Source: a delta proteobacterium MLS_D (GTDB taxonomy: Bacteria > Desulfobacterota > Syntrophia > Syntrophales > UBA2210). Taken from it: 64,000 nt of DNA. Within the stretch, counting starts at the first letter, position 1. Every line of letters begins with the position of its first letter. The stretch spans positions 145,218 through 209,217 of the forward strand of contig LQBH01000013.1 in assembly GCA_002030015.1 (NCBI GenBank), read 5' to 3'. The translations under genes were made by a program, and so were the position numbers. Positions 37,613-46,906 of this stretch are shown here, in pieces. The notes under the pieces are model-generated. The model was not told where the DNA came from. It did not search any database and saw only the letters and a list, made by a program, of their open reading frames with translations.

Positions 37613-37948
37613 ATGTCGAAGATGTGGCAAGCATGGACGGTTGGCATTTTGGGAGTATGGCTTTTTATAGCCGCATTCCTGTCCTTTTCATCAATGGGGA
37701 ATTTGTGGAATGATTTAATTGTTGGCGTTATCGTCGGCATTGCGGGGTTTACGATGATCAAAGAAAAGAGCTGGCAGGGCTGGACGGCCGGTATTCTGGG
37801 AATCTGGTTGATCATCGCGGCCTTTATCCCCTCGTTGCAGGCCCACGCCGGGAATATGTGGAACTGCATCATCGTGGGCGTATTGCTGATGGTCGCAGGG
37901 TTTGGCGCCTTTGAAGGACAAGGGCGTCAGATTCCCCACACCGCGTAA
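37613..37948 (+). CDS. Small 4-TM membrane protein with internal duplication (SPW-repeat-like)
   Basis: WQAWTVGILGVWLFIAAF and WQGWTAGILGIWLIIAAF are two clear internal repeats. An AAAGGAGG RBS is present. Confidence 0.5.
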   Translation: MSKMWQAWTVGILGVWLFIAAFLSFSSMGNLWNDLIVGVIVGIAGFTMIKEKSWQGWTAGILGIWLIIAAFIPSLQAHAGNMWNCIIVGVLLMVAGFGAFEGQGRQIPHTA

Positions 37949-37975
37949 AACTCTTTTCGAAAAAGAGACCACCAC

Positions 37976-38003
37976 AAAGGCCGGGCCGGGAGACCCGGCC
38001 TTT
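37976..38003 (+). terminator. Hairpin downstream of the membrane-protein gene
   Basis: AAAGGCCGGG-(8 nt)-CCCGGCCTTT. It is preceded by a second small palindrome, CTCTTTTCGAAAAAGAG, at 37951..37967. Confidence 0.4.
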
Positions 38004-38386
38004 GCGTATGGCAGGCCTGACTTTCTGCCAGCAGATCGCCTATCTGAAAAATAGCTTCGAATTCCGGGCCATCTTTTTTTACCAGCGGGTATGTATCCCT
38101 CCGTGGTAATATGGTTTTGTGATTGAATCAATTCCCTGAAGTCGATGATTGACCGTATTGAAGAATCATGCGAAGTTATGAACTGTCTGTTACGGGTTCT
38201 CCTGGCAATCTTCGTATGGTCGGTAGTGGCAAAGAGTTAAATAACCTGAGAACAGGTGAGAGTTTCTGGATTCCGGATCAAGCTTCGCTTGTCCGGAATG
38301 ACGGGAAATAAGGTTTTTCAGGGGGCAAGTCTTTCGGAAAATGACTTGAAGCGAAAAACCCGCACGCCGACAAAGGAGGAGCTAAC

Positions 38387-38788
38387 ATGAAACTGAGTCC
38401 CGGATCTTCCGCACCGGAGTTCAACACAAGCGACAGTAATGATGTCGGCATACGTCTTTCCGGATTGATCACAGACGGACCGGTGGTGCTTGTTTTTCTC
38501 AGGGGATTCACCTGACCTTTTGCACGAAAACATCTGGGTCGGATGAAATCAGCTATCGCGTCGTTCGAGGAAAGGAAAGCTCACATTGTTGTCGTTGCGC
38601 CGCATGGGAAGTCTCGAGTAAGGGCCTACTGGGAAAAAGAAAATCTCCCCTTTATCGGCATTCCCGATCCCGACGGAACGTTGGGAAAGCTCTACGGACA
38701 GGAATGGAACCTGGTCAAGCCGGGGAATCTGGGGGACGTACTTCAACTTATCAATACATTCAAATGCATGAGCTTTTGTACAGAGTGA
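38387..38788 (+). CDS. Peroxiredoxin-like (AhpC/TSA, thioredoxin-fold) protein with in-frame TGA at the redox-Cys position: candidate selenoprotein (or nonsense pseudogene)
   Basis: AAAGGAGGA RBS + ATG 38387. The product reads MKLSPGSSAPEFNTSDSNDVGIRLSGLITDGPVVLVFLRGFT-[TGA 38513..38515]-PFARKHLGRMKSAIASFEERKAHIVVVAPH.... This continues in frame into ORF 38543..38788. The TGA aligns with the first Cys of the RG.WCP.C block of Prx-like proteins. Confidence 0.55.
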
Positions 38789-38983
38789 GTTCGTTCATAA
38801 AAAATGATGTGCGCTATCGTTCGACAACACCTGCCAGTCAGTAGACGGCACGATTTGTGGTATCGCAGATTAACAAAGGAAATGGTTGGCGTATCTGCGG
38901 CTAAGCGGCGGGCGGACAGGCGAGCTTGATCGCGTCGGCGACCGTCCCGCGCAGCCGCTTGATGGCCAGGCAAGAATTAAATG

Positions 38984-39730
38984 CTATGTACTCTGAATTC
39001 CACGCTCCATCGCTTCCTGCGGGGTTACTCCTGCGTCGATGTATGCCTGCCACATGTTATTGCCGTACTCGCGCATCGTCTCGAGATCAACGATGGGCTG
39101 CGTGATCCGTTTCATGGTCTCGTCCGACACCGTGAAGGTTTGTACAAGCTCCGCGCCGGCCTGTTTGACCGCGTCACAAATATCGGCGCGGACCTGTTCA
39201 AATCCCGGCTGGGTCATCGTCTCGGCGGCAGGCCGGTAGATTTCCCCTATGAGTGCTTTGCCGTAAATGTATCGCAGGTGTGAAGACATCAGGTCGAATA
39301 TGGAGGGCTCGGGAAAACCGGCAACGGAAAGGGAGACAATGAGCGGATGACGCCCGCGAAGTGGGTGTGCGGCCTTGCCTTTGTTCTCGATGATAAACGG
39401 TTCAACAGCGGGGAGTGTTCGTTCGATAAACGTCTTGAGCTGCGCGTTGACGCCGAAATGATAGAGCGGCGTGGCATAGACCGCAAGGTCGGATTCCAGG
39501 AATTTCGGGAACAGTTCTCTGCTCATGTCGTCCTTATGGACACAGATCCCCGGTGTCTTTGTCCAGCATGTGTAGCAGCCGATACAGTACCTGATCTTGC
39601 GGGAACGGAGGTTGATAACCTCCACATCGGCATGTGCCGAACGCATACCCTCGACAAGCGAATTGAGCAGGAGCTCCGTTTTGCTCTGACCCTTCCCCCG
39701 CGGACTTGCATTGAGCGCAATTACTTTCAT
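38984..39730 (-). CDS. Flavodoxin-like NAD(P)H-dependent FMN reductase / iron-sulfur flavoprotein (Isf)-like
   Basis: MKVIALNASPRGKGQSKT N-terminus. Compact Cys motif CIGCYTCWTKTPGIC. Confidence 0.75.
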   Translation of the reverse strand: MKVIALNASPRGKGQSKTELLLNSLVEGMRSAHADVEVINLRSRKIRYCIGCYTCWTKTPGICVHKDDMSRELFPKFLESDLAVYATPLYHFGVNAQLKTFIERTLPAVEPFIIENKGKAAHPLRGRHPLIVSLSVAGFPEPSIFDLMSSHLRYIYGKALIGEIYRPAAETMTQPGFEQVRADICDAVKQAGAELVQTFTVSDETMKRITQPIVDLETMREYGNNMWQAYIDAGVTPQEAMERGIQST

Positions 39731-40272
39731 GGATCTCTCCTTTTCTATGTTTCCCTTTGAGCACAGGGTGAAAAAATCATGAATGCTCCGGCATCATCGA
39801 CACGTTGCACCGCAGGCAATGTGTCGGCTGGAGCATATGAAGACGGGAAACAACTGTCAAGCGGAAAGAATCAGCGGTATCGGGAGGAAAGACAAGGACT
39901 ACGACCAATCGTCGGAGAAATAGGTCGGGCAACATCTCAAATAATTAAATGTTATGTCCCGGAACACCCCTCAACTTGACATTACTCCTATCCTGCGGAT
40001 CTGGTCTGGACTGACGAGTTCCCCTGAGATCGCATGGCGGGGAAGCCTTTCCGGTGCAGCAGGTTTTGTTCCCGCCTTTGAAAACAGGGATTGCCGCTTG
40101 TCATTGGAAAATTAATCCACCCGGGCCTGCATGGATGAAGTACCACACTCCCAACATTTAATCTGGAAAGTTTTGACTAAAGGAACTACTATCATGCCGA
40201 AAAAAATGGGGAATGGCTATACTGTCATTGGTGTTTCTTCATGACGCTGCATAATCAAAAGGAGAGAACGGA

Positions 40273-41448
40273 ATGCGTGAAGCCGTTATTGTCAGTGCGG
40301 TGCGAACCCCCTTGGGATCGTATAACGGAACTCTTGCCGGCATCGGGGCCACCGATCTTGGTGGCCTCGTGATCGCCGAGGCGATTCGTCGGGCCGGAAT
40401 CGAGCCCGCGCTGGTCAACGAGGCAATCATAGGGCAGGTTCTGCCCTGTGGCTACGGTCAGAATCCGGCAAAACAGGCTTCCGTCAAGGCAGGCCTGCCC
40501 TGGGAGACCGAGTGCATCACCATCAACAAGGTCTGCGGTTCATCCCTCAAGGCGGTGATGCTGGCCGCCCAGGCCATTCAACTGGGCGATGCCGACGTGG
40601 TGGTGGCTGGCGGCATGGAAAACATGAGCATGGCGCCATATTACCTGGAGAAGGCGCGATTCGGCTACCGCATGGGGCCCGGGGTGTTGCAGGACCATAT
40701 GATGCACGACGGTCTCTGGGACGTAGTCAATGATTTTCACATGGGCATTTCCAACGAATTGTGCTCAGAAAAATACGGCATATCACGGGAAGAGCAGGAC
40801 CGGTATGCCCTGCGCTCATATGAGCGCTCCCTCGCGGCGATTGCGGAAGGCCGATTCAGGGAGGAAATTGTGCCGGTACCCATTCCCAGACGCAAGGGTG
40901 AACCGGCGCTGTTCGACACCGACGAGTGCCCCCGTGAAACCAGCTACGAAGTCCTGGCCGCCATGGGAGGCGCCTTTAAAGAAGGAGGAGTTACCACGGC
41001 AGGTAATGCCTCGGCAATCAGCGACGGCGCTGCAGCCGTGGTGGTGATGGCCCGGGAACGGGCCGAAGCGTTGGGTTGTACCGTGATGGCCACTATCGGA
41101 GCGCAGGCCTCCTACGGCATCGACATGAAGTACGTGCTGGTGGCGCCCATCGGGGCGGTTCCAAAGTGTCTGGCCAAGGAAGGCATTACCATCGACCAGG
41201 TGGACCTCTTTGAGATCAACGAAGCCTTTGCCGGTTCCACCTGCGCCGTCATACAGGAACTTAACCTCGATCCGGACAAGGTCAACGTCAACGGGGGCTG
41301 TGTGGCCCTGGGCCACCCCATCGGCTCCAGCGGCTGCCGGGTGCTGGTAACTATGCTCTATGAAATGATTCGGCGAAACAGCACGACCGGTCTGGCAACC
41401 CTGTGTCTGGGAGGCGGTGAGGCTGTTGCCATGGTGGTGAAACGATAG
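40273..41448 (+). CDS. Acetyl-CoA acetyltransferase (thiolase II)
   Basis: 391 aa. The active-site blocks are NKVCGSSLKAV, NASAISDGAAAV and NGGCVALGHPIGSSG. Confidence 0.92.
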   Translation: MREAVIVSAVRTPLGSYNGTLAGIGATDLGGLVIAEAIRRAGIEPALVNEAIIGQVLPCGYGQNPAKQASVKAGLPWETECITINKVCGSSLKAVMLAAQAIQLGDADVVVAGGMENMSMAPYYLEKARFGYRMGPGVLQDHMMHDGLWDVVNDFHMGISNELCSEKYGISREEQDRYALRSYERSLAAIAEGRFREEIVPVPIPRRKGEPALFDTDECPRETSYEVLAAMGGAFKEGGVTTAGNASAISDGAAAVVVMARERAEALGCTVMATIGAQASYGIDMKYVLVAPIGAVPKCLAKEGITIDQVDLFEINEAFAGSTCAVIQELNLDPDKVNVNGGCVALGHPIGSSGCRVLVTMLYEMIRRNSTTGLATLCLGGGEAVAMVVKR

Positions 41449-41525
41449 GGCGTAACGGACGGTGTGACGGGCACGCCCGGCGAAGATGCACTGAACGGAT
41501 AACAGGAAATGAAGGAGCGGAAATA

Positions 41526-42374
41526 ATGATGATCAAGACCTTCGGCGTAGTCGGAGCTGGCCAGATGGGCAACGGTATCGCACAGGTGGCGGCCATGAGC
41601 GGCCTGAACGTGGTGATGAACGATATCCAGGATACCTTCGTGAAAAAGGGCCTGAAGACCATCGAAAACTTTTTCGATCGCGGTATTGAAAAGGGGAAAC
41701 TGACGGCGGAACAGAAAGCGGACGTGATGGGGCGCATTACGCCCAGTACCGACATGGGAGACATGGCGGCGGCTGACTTCGTGGTGGAGGCGGCCACGGA
41801 AAAGGAACCCCTGAAATTTGAAATTTTCCGCAAGCTGGACCAGGTCTGCCGCCCGGAGGTAATCCTCAGTTCCAACACCTCGTCCATTCCTATCGGCCGC
41901 ATTGCCGCTCAGACCGGACGGCAGGACAAAGTCATCGGTATGCATTTCATGAATCCCGTGCCCCTGATGAAGCTGGTGGAGGTGATCCGGGGACTGGCTA
42001 CCTCGGAGGAAACCTTTCAGACCACGTGGCGGTTGTGTGAGAAATTCAACAAGACGCCTGCCGAGGCCAATGATTATCCGGGATTCCTGGCCAATCGCAT
42101 CCTGATGCCCATGATCAACGAAGCCGTATACGCTCTCTATCATGGCGTGGGTACCCGGGAGGCCATAGACACAGTGATGACCCTGGGGATGAACCATCCC
42201 ATGGGACCCCTGACTCTGGCGGACCTGATCGGCCTGGACACCTGTCTGGCCATTATGGAAACCCTCTATGACGGGTTCAAGGATTCCAAGTACCGTCCCT
42301 GTCCGCTGTTGCGAAAGTACGTGGAAGCCGGATGGCTGGGGCGTAAAACGGGAAGGGGCTTCTACAGTTATTAA
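41526..42374 (+). CDS. hbd: 3-hydroxybutyryl-CoA dehydrogenase
   Basis: 282 aa. GVVGAGQMGNGIAQ Rossmann motif, MHFMNPVPLMKLVE and GFLANRIL. Confidence 0.9.
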   Translation: MMIKTFGVVGAGQMGNGIAQVAAMSGLNVVMNDIQDTFVKKGLKTIENFFDRGIEKGKLTAEQKADVMGRITPSTDMGDMAAADFVVEAATEKEPLKFEIFRKLDQVCRPEVILSSNTSSIPIGRIAAQTGRQDKVIGMHFMNPVPLMKLVEVIRGLATSEETFQTTWRLCEKFNKTPAEANDYPGFLANRILMPMINEAVYALYHGVGTREAIDTVMTLGMNHPMGPLTLADLIGLDTCLAIMETLYDGFKDSKYRPCPLLRKYVEAGWLGRKTGRGFYSY

Positions 42375-42429
42375 GTTCCGAATAGTCACAGAACCGCTGT
42401 CCGAAAGCCGGCCGAGAGGAGGAGCCGTC

Positions 42430-42975
42430 ATGCCGAGCCCTGAAAAAACCACTCCCATTGGCGCGCGGATAAAAAAAATTCGCGGCAGGAAAAAAATTGC
42501 CCTGAACCAACTGGCCAACGAAACGGGATACAGCGTCGACTATCTGAAGGCCCTGGAAAAGGGAGCCGAGATGCCTCCGGTGGGCACCCTGCTTCAGATA
42601 TCGCGGGCCTTGCACGTCAATTCCGGCGAACTGTTGCGCGATGAGAAGGAAGCCCTTGATCAGCGGACCGAAGCCTATGCCAAGCGTACCCGGAACTATG
42701 CCTATACCAACCTGACGCCTGCCGCCGAACACAACCACCTGGGCGCCTTTCGCATTTACATCAAGGCCGGTCAGGCCCACGAGGGCGTGGGGTACCGGCA
42801 CGAAGGCGAGGAGTTTGTGTACGTGCTCGCAGGCAGTATCGAGGTGACCGTGGGCGAGCAGGTCAATCGCCTGAAAAAAGGCCAGTCACTTCACTTCAAT
42901 TCGGGCATTCAGCATCACATGCGCAATATCGGAAAGATTGATGCCGAACTGCTGGTGGTGCTTTACAATCCCTGA
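42430..42975 (+). CDS. XRE-family HTH + cupin-domain transcriptional regulator
   Basis: The start was trimmed to ATG 42430. The HTH is IGARIKKIRGRKKIALNQLANETGYSVDYLKALEKG. The cupin is HEGEEFVYVLAGSIEVTVG...LHFNSGIQHHMRN. Confidence 0.8.
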   Translation: MPSPEKTTPIGARIKKIRGRKKIALNQLANETGYSVDYLKALEKGAEMPPVGTLLQISRALHVNSGELLRDEKEALDQRTEAYAKRTRNYAYTNLTPAAEHNHLGAFRIYIKAGQAHEGVGYRHEGEEFVYVLAGSIEVTVGEQVNRLKKGQSLHFNSGIQHHMRNIGKIDAELLVVLYNP

Positions 42976-43047
42976 TCACCATGCAAAGTGATCATTTGTG
43001 CCCATAGATCTGTGTCAAAATCCTCATCGGGAAGGCGGGAGTTGCCC

Positions 43048-44199
43048 ATGTCGATACTGCTTACAGAGGAACAGCGCATGATTCAGACCATGGCCCGGGA
43101 TTTCGCCCGGGAGGTCGTGGCCGTGGGGGCCGCCGAGAGAGACCTCACAAAGATCTTCCCTGCCCGGGTGCTTGCCCAGATGGGCGAACTGGGGTTCATG
43201 GGTATGATGGTGCCTCCTGAATTTGACGGCAGCGGAACCGATGCCGTGAGCTACGTGTCAGCCCTGTCAGAGATTGCCTATGCCTGCGCCTCCACGGCGG
43301 TGGTCATGTCCGTGCAGAACTCCATTGTCTGCGAGAGCCTGCTCAATTTCGGCACCCGGGAACAGAAAGAACGATTTCTCAGACCATTGGCGGCGGGGAA
43401 GGCCATAGGCGCCTTTGCCATGACCGAACCAGACGCCGGCTCCGACCCGGTGAGCCAGAAGACGACGGCACGCCGGGACGGCGACCATTACGTCATCGAC
43501 GGCACCAAGCGATTCATTACTTCCGGCGGCAACGCGCGGACAGTGCTGGTCACTGCCAAGACGGATCCCTCAAAGAAGCACAGGGGAATCAGCGTTTTCG
43601 TTGTGCCCCGGGAGACGCCCGGCATGACTGTCGGCCATGGGGAAGAGAAGATGGGCCTGAGGGCCTCCGATACCACCGACCTGATTTTCAATGAATGCCG
43701 CGTTCCCGCTGATCAGCGCCTGGGTGAAGAGGGGCAGGGATTCAAGATCGCCATGCGGGGACTCGACAGCGGCCGTATCGGTATCGCGGCCCAGAGCGTC
43801 GGCGTGGCTCAGGCAGCGGTTGACGCGGTGGTGGAATATACCACCACGCGGGAACAGTTCGGCCAGCCTGTCTCCAGATTCCAGGGATTGCGGTGGATGG
43901 TGGCCGACATGGCTGTGGAAGTGTCTGCCGCGCGGCAGCTGGTTCTTTCCGCCGCCGCCATGAAGGACCGGGGGGAGAACTACACCATGCAGGCCGCCAT
44001 GGCAAAACTGTACGCCTCCGAGATGGTGAACCGTGTTACGGGAACCGCTGTCCAACTGCACGGAGGCTACGGGTACACTATGGACTATCCAGTTGAGCGC
44101 TACTACCGCGACGCGCGCGTCTTCACCATCTACGAAGGAACTTCTGAAATCCAGCGTACGGTTATCTCCAACCATATCTTCAATGACAAAAAAAAGTAG
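43048..44199 (+). CDS. Acyl-CoA dehydrogenase (short/butyryl-CoA type)
   Basis: The start was trimmed to ATG 43048. Motifs are GAFAMTEPDAGSD, GYGYTMDYPVERYYRDARVFTIYEGTSEIQR. Confidence 0.9.
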   Translation: MSILLTEEQRMIQTMARDFAREVVAVGAAERDLTKIFPARVLAQMGELGFMGMMVPPEFDGSGTDAVSYVSALSEIAYACASTAVVMSVQNSIVCESLLNFGTREQKERFLRPLAAGKAIGAFAMTEPDAGSDPVSQKTTARRDGDHYVIDGTKRFITSGGNARTVLVTAKTDPSKKHRGISVFVVPRETPGMTVGHGEEKMGLRASDTTDLIFNECRVPADQRLGEEGQGFKIAMRGLDSGRIGIAAQSVGVAQAAVDAVVEYTTTREQFGQPVSRFQGLRWMVADMAVEVSAARQLVLSAAAMKDRGENYTMQAAMAKLYASEMVNRVTGTAVQLHGGYGYTMDYPVERYYRDARVFTIYEGTSEIQRTVISNHIFNDKKK

Positions 44200-44268
44200 G
44201 GACACTGCCCACTTTTTCCGTACTTTCTTTCAGTAAAAAACCGGGCAGCGTCCCTGTTTTTAACCCTT

Positions 44269-44460
44269 CAGCCGGATGAACCGAATCAAAACGCGTTTGT
44301 CAAACGCTTTAACCGGACCTACAGGAATGAACTGCTTGATCTTTACCTGTTTCGTGCCCTTGATGAGGTCAGAAAGTCAACCTACCGGTGGATGATTGAA
44401 TACAACAATGAACAGCGGCCCCATGCTGCCGTACGGGGGGCCGCCTATTTTTGTTCCTGA
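44269..44460 (+). pseudogene. C-terminal fragment of an integrase-core (rve) transposase, IS3/IS481-like
   Basis: ...QNAFVKRFNRTYRNELLDLYLFRALDEVRKSTYRWMIEYNNEQRPHAAV... matches the conserved ..QNG.IERFN.T.R.E......F.sl.E.r.....W...YN.eRPH tail. There is no N-terminal part and no start codon. Confidence 0.7.
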
Positions 44461-44535
44461 GGGTTACACAGCGGTCACACGAGACATAATGTGGAAAAAA
44501 GTATTAACGTGGACGTTTGTGGACGCTGAAGCATG

Positions 44536-44566
44536 AAAAAAGGGGTTGCGGAAGTACCGTAACCCC
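44536..44566 (-). terminator. Rho-independent terminator of the tRNA pair
   Basis: The minus strand reads GGGGTTACGG-TACTT-CCGCAACCCC followed by TTTTTT, directly downstream of tRNA-Lys. Confidence 0.6.
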
Positions 44567-44575
44567 TTGATTTTA

Positions 44576-44651
44576 TGGTGAGCTGCCGGGGACTCGAACC
44601 CCGAACCTACTGATTAAGAGTCAGTTGCTCTACCAGCTGAGCTAGCAGCCC
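44576..44651 (-). tRNA. tRNA-Lys (anticodon CTT), CCA encoded
   Basis: The reverse complement is GGGCTGCTAGCTCAGCTGGTAGAGCAACTGACTCTTAATCAGTAGGTTCGGGGTTCGAGTCCCCGGCAGCTCACCA. It folds into a cloverleaf by hand, with the anticodon loop CTCTTAA. Confidence 0.93.
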
Positions 44652-44684
44652 TTTTATATGTAAGACGTGTAACGGTCTTTTTTC

Positions 44685-44761
44685 TGGTACGCCCGGTAGG
44701 ATTCGAACCTACGACCAACAGATTCGAAGTCTGCGACTCTATCCAGCTGAGCTACGGGCGC
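44685..44761 (-). tRNA. tRNA-Arg (anticodon TCG), CCA encoded
   Basis: The reverse complement is GCGCCCGTAGCTCAGCTGGATAGAGTCGCAGACTTCGAATCTGTTGGTCGTAGGTTCGAATCCTACCGGGCGTACCA. The cloverleaf is checked by hand, with the anticodon loop CTTCGAA. Confidence 0.93.
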
Positions 44762-44859
44762 ATGTATTGTTTGAAGTTCTTTCAGCCCGTTCCGGGGCAA
44801 CCGCTGTTTGAAAATTGGTGTCACTCATAATCTTTTGCGCATGTTCCGTCAAGTATTTT

Positions 44860-45921
44860 TTAACGGAGTCGCTCGACCTGAACCTCGGGCAGGTCTGATC
44901 CTGACAGATGACAGGCCGCGAAATGGCCGTCTTCGCATTGTGTAAGTTCGGGCGTCCTGGTCGAACAGATGTCCATCCGGTAGGGACAGCGGGGATGAAA
45001 GGCACAGCCGGGCGGCGGGGCGAAGGGACTGGGAATATCTCCGGGAAGGGGTATCCGTGTCTTTTTTGACCCAGGATCCGGTACGGGGACTGCCGACAGG
45101 AGGGCGCGGGTGTAGGGATGACGGGGCGATTGAAGAATCTGCGATTTTTCGCCCAGCTCCACGATTTTCCCCAGGTACATGACGGCGATCCGGTCGCTTA
45201 CGTGTCCTACGACGCCCAGGTCGTGGCTGATGAAAATATAGGTCAACCCGAACTCGCGCTGAAGCCGTTTCAGCAGGTTGAGTATCTGCGCCTGGATTGA
45301 GACGTCCAGGGCTGAAACCGGTTCATCGGCGATAATGAGATCGGGGTTGACCGACAGGGCCCGGGCGATGCCGATGCGCTGGCGCTGTCCGCCGCTGAAC
45401 TCATGGGGGTAACGATCGGCCTGTTCTTCGGTAAGGCCGACGGTTGTGAGAAGTTCGGTTACGCGTCGCTTTCGCTCTTTACCGGTCGCGAGATTGTGTA
45501 TGCCCAGGGCTTCCCCGACGATGGCGCCCGCGCTCATGCGTGGATTAAGCGAGGAATAGGGGTCCTGGAAGATGAGTTGAACCCGTTTTCTGAAGTTTCG
45601 CAGCTCGTTGCCTTCGATGTCGGTGACGTTCATGCCGTCGAAAATAATGCGGCCGTCCGTGGGTGTATCAAGGCGGGCTATGACGCGACCCAGCGTTGAT
45701 TTTCCGCAACCGCTTTCTCCCACCAGGCCGAGTGTTTCTCCCCTGATAACACTGAGCGAAACACCGTCCACGGCTTTGACGGTTGCCCGGCTGCGTGTGA
45801 AAAGGCCGCTTACGACGTGAAAATATTTTTTGAGATCGACCGCCTCCAGCAGGACGGGGGCGTTCCCTTGGTTTTCACCGGGTTGTCCCGTTCCCGTCTT
45901 TTTCAGATAAGACCAGTTCAT
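44860..45921 (-). CDS. Oligopeptide/dipeptide ABC transporter ATP-binding protein (OppF/DppF-like)
   Basis: Walker [10 protein letters not shown], signature [15 protein letters not shown], Walker [13 protein letters not shown], and the C-terminal oligopeptide-type Cys/His tail. Confidence 0.85.
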   Translation of the reverse strand: MNWSYLKKTGTGQPGENQGNAPVLLEAVDLKKYFHVVSGLFTRSRATVKAVDGVSLSVIRGETLGLVGESGCGKSTLGRVIARLDTPTDGRIIFDGMNVTDIEGNELRNFRKRVQLIFQDPYSSLNPRMSAGAIVGEALGIHNLATGKERKRRVTELLTTVGLTEEQADRYPHEFSGGQRQRIGIARALSVNPDLIIADEPVSALDVSIQAQILNLLKRLQREFGLTYIFISHDLGVVGHVSDRIAVMYLGKIVELGEKSQILQSPRHPYTRALLSAVPVPDPGSKKTRIPLPGDIPSPFAPPPGCAFHPRCPYRMDICSTRTPELTQCEDGHFAACHLSGSDLPEVQVERLR

Positions 45922-45931
45922 AATCGCTCAC

Positions 45932-46906
45932 TCACCGGTATTTCCAGCAGCGCACGTCGTGCCCGCCGGGTAACCCGATCATGGGGGGATCTTCCTTCCT
46001 GCACCGGGGCATGGTAAAAGAGCATCGGTCCTGAAACCTGCAACCGGGAGGAAGATCGAGCAGGTTGGGCACAGTGCCCGGAATGACCTTGAGATCGCCC
46101 CGGCGATCCTCGAGGACTGACATGCGCGGTGTCGATTCCATGAGACCGACCGTGTAGGGATGGAGAGGGTTCGAGAAAAGTTCTTCAACGGAACAGTATT
46201 CGACGACTTTGCCCGCGTACATGACAGCGGCGTACTGGGCGGCTTCGGCGATCACGCCGAGGTCGTGCGTTATCATGATGACGGACGTTCCCGACTCTGT
46301 TTTCAGCCGGTTTATCAAGTCGAGTATCTGTGCCTGTATGGTGACGTCGAGCGCGGTGGTGGGTTCATCGGCAAGCATCAGCGACGGGCCGCAGGAAAGG
46401 GCCATAGCGATCATTACGCGCTGACGCATGCCGCCGCTCAACTGGTGAGGATAACTTTTCAAGCGTTCCTCGGCCGAGGGCATGCCGACCAGTTGCAGCA
46501 TTTCCAGGGCCTGGGCCAGGGCCGCTTTTTTTGAAAGTCCCCGGTGAAGCCTGATCGCTTCGGCGACCTGTTCACCGATTTTGATGACGGGATTGAGGGA
46601 GTTCATCGGTTCCTGAAAGATCATGGACAGTTCCCGGCCTCGAAGGCTTCTCATCTCTTTTTCCGGAAGACCGAGCAGATCACGGCCCTTGAAGCGTATC
46701 GCGCCGTCCGCGATATCGCCCGGGGGATGCGGAATGAGACGCATGATCGAGAGGGCCAGCACGGTTTTGCCGCATCCCGATTCACCAACGATGCCCAGGG
46801 TGTCTCCGCGGTTCAGCACGAGATTGACACCGTCGACGGCGCCGACCGTGCCTCTGCGCGTGTGAAACAGGGTTTTCAGGTTTTCTATCTCAAGAATTGG
46901 ATCCAT
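45932..46906 (-). CDS. Oligopeptide/dipeptide ABC transporter ATP-binding protein (OppD/DppD-like)
   Basis: Walker A GESGCGKTV, signature LSGGMRQRVMIAMAL, Walker B LMLADEPTTALD. Confidence 0.85.
   Translation of the reverse strand: MDPILEIENLKTLFHTRRGTVGAVDGVNLVLNRGDTLGIVGESGCGKTVLALSIMRLIPHPPGDIADGAIRFKGRDLLGLPEKEMRSLRGRELSMIFQEPMNSLNPVIKIGEQVAEAIRLHRGLSKKAALAQALEMLQLVGMPSAEERLKSYPHQLSGGMRQRVMIAMALSCGPSLMLADEPTTALDVTIQAQILDLINRLKTESGTSVIMITHDLGVIAEAAQYAAVMYAGKVVEYCSVEELFSNPLHPYTVGLMESTPRMSVLEDRRGDLKVIPGTVPNLLDLPPGCRFQDRCSFTMPRCRKEDPPMIGLPGGHDVRCWKYR

Noticed and set aside
38543-38788. 81-aa ORF as an independent gene
   Set aside because: On its own it would be a thioredoxin-fold fragment without the active-site strand and helix. 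The upstream in-frame region with an RBS supplies exactly the missing part, so a TGA-interrupted gene (Sec or pseudogene) explains it better.
41358-42518. 386-aa minus-strand ORF across hbd
   Set aside because: It is antisense to a textbook 3-hydroxybutyryl-CoA dehydrogenase and has no motifs.
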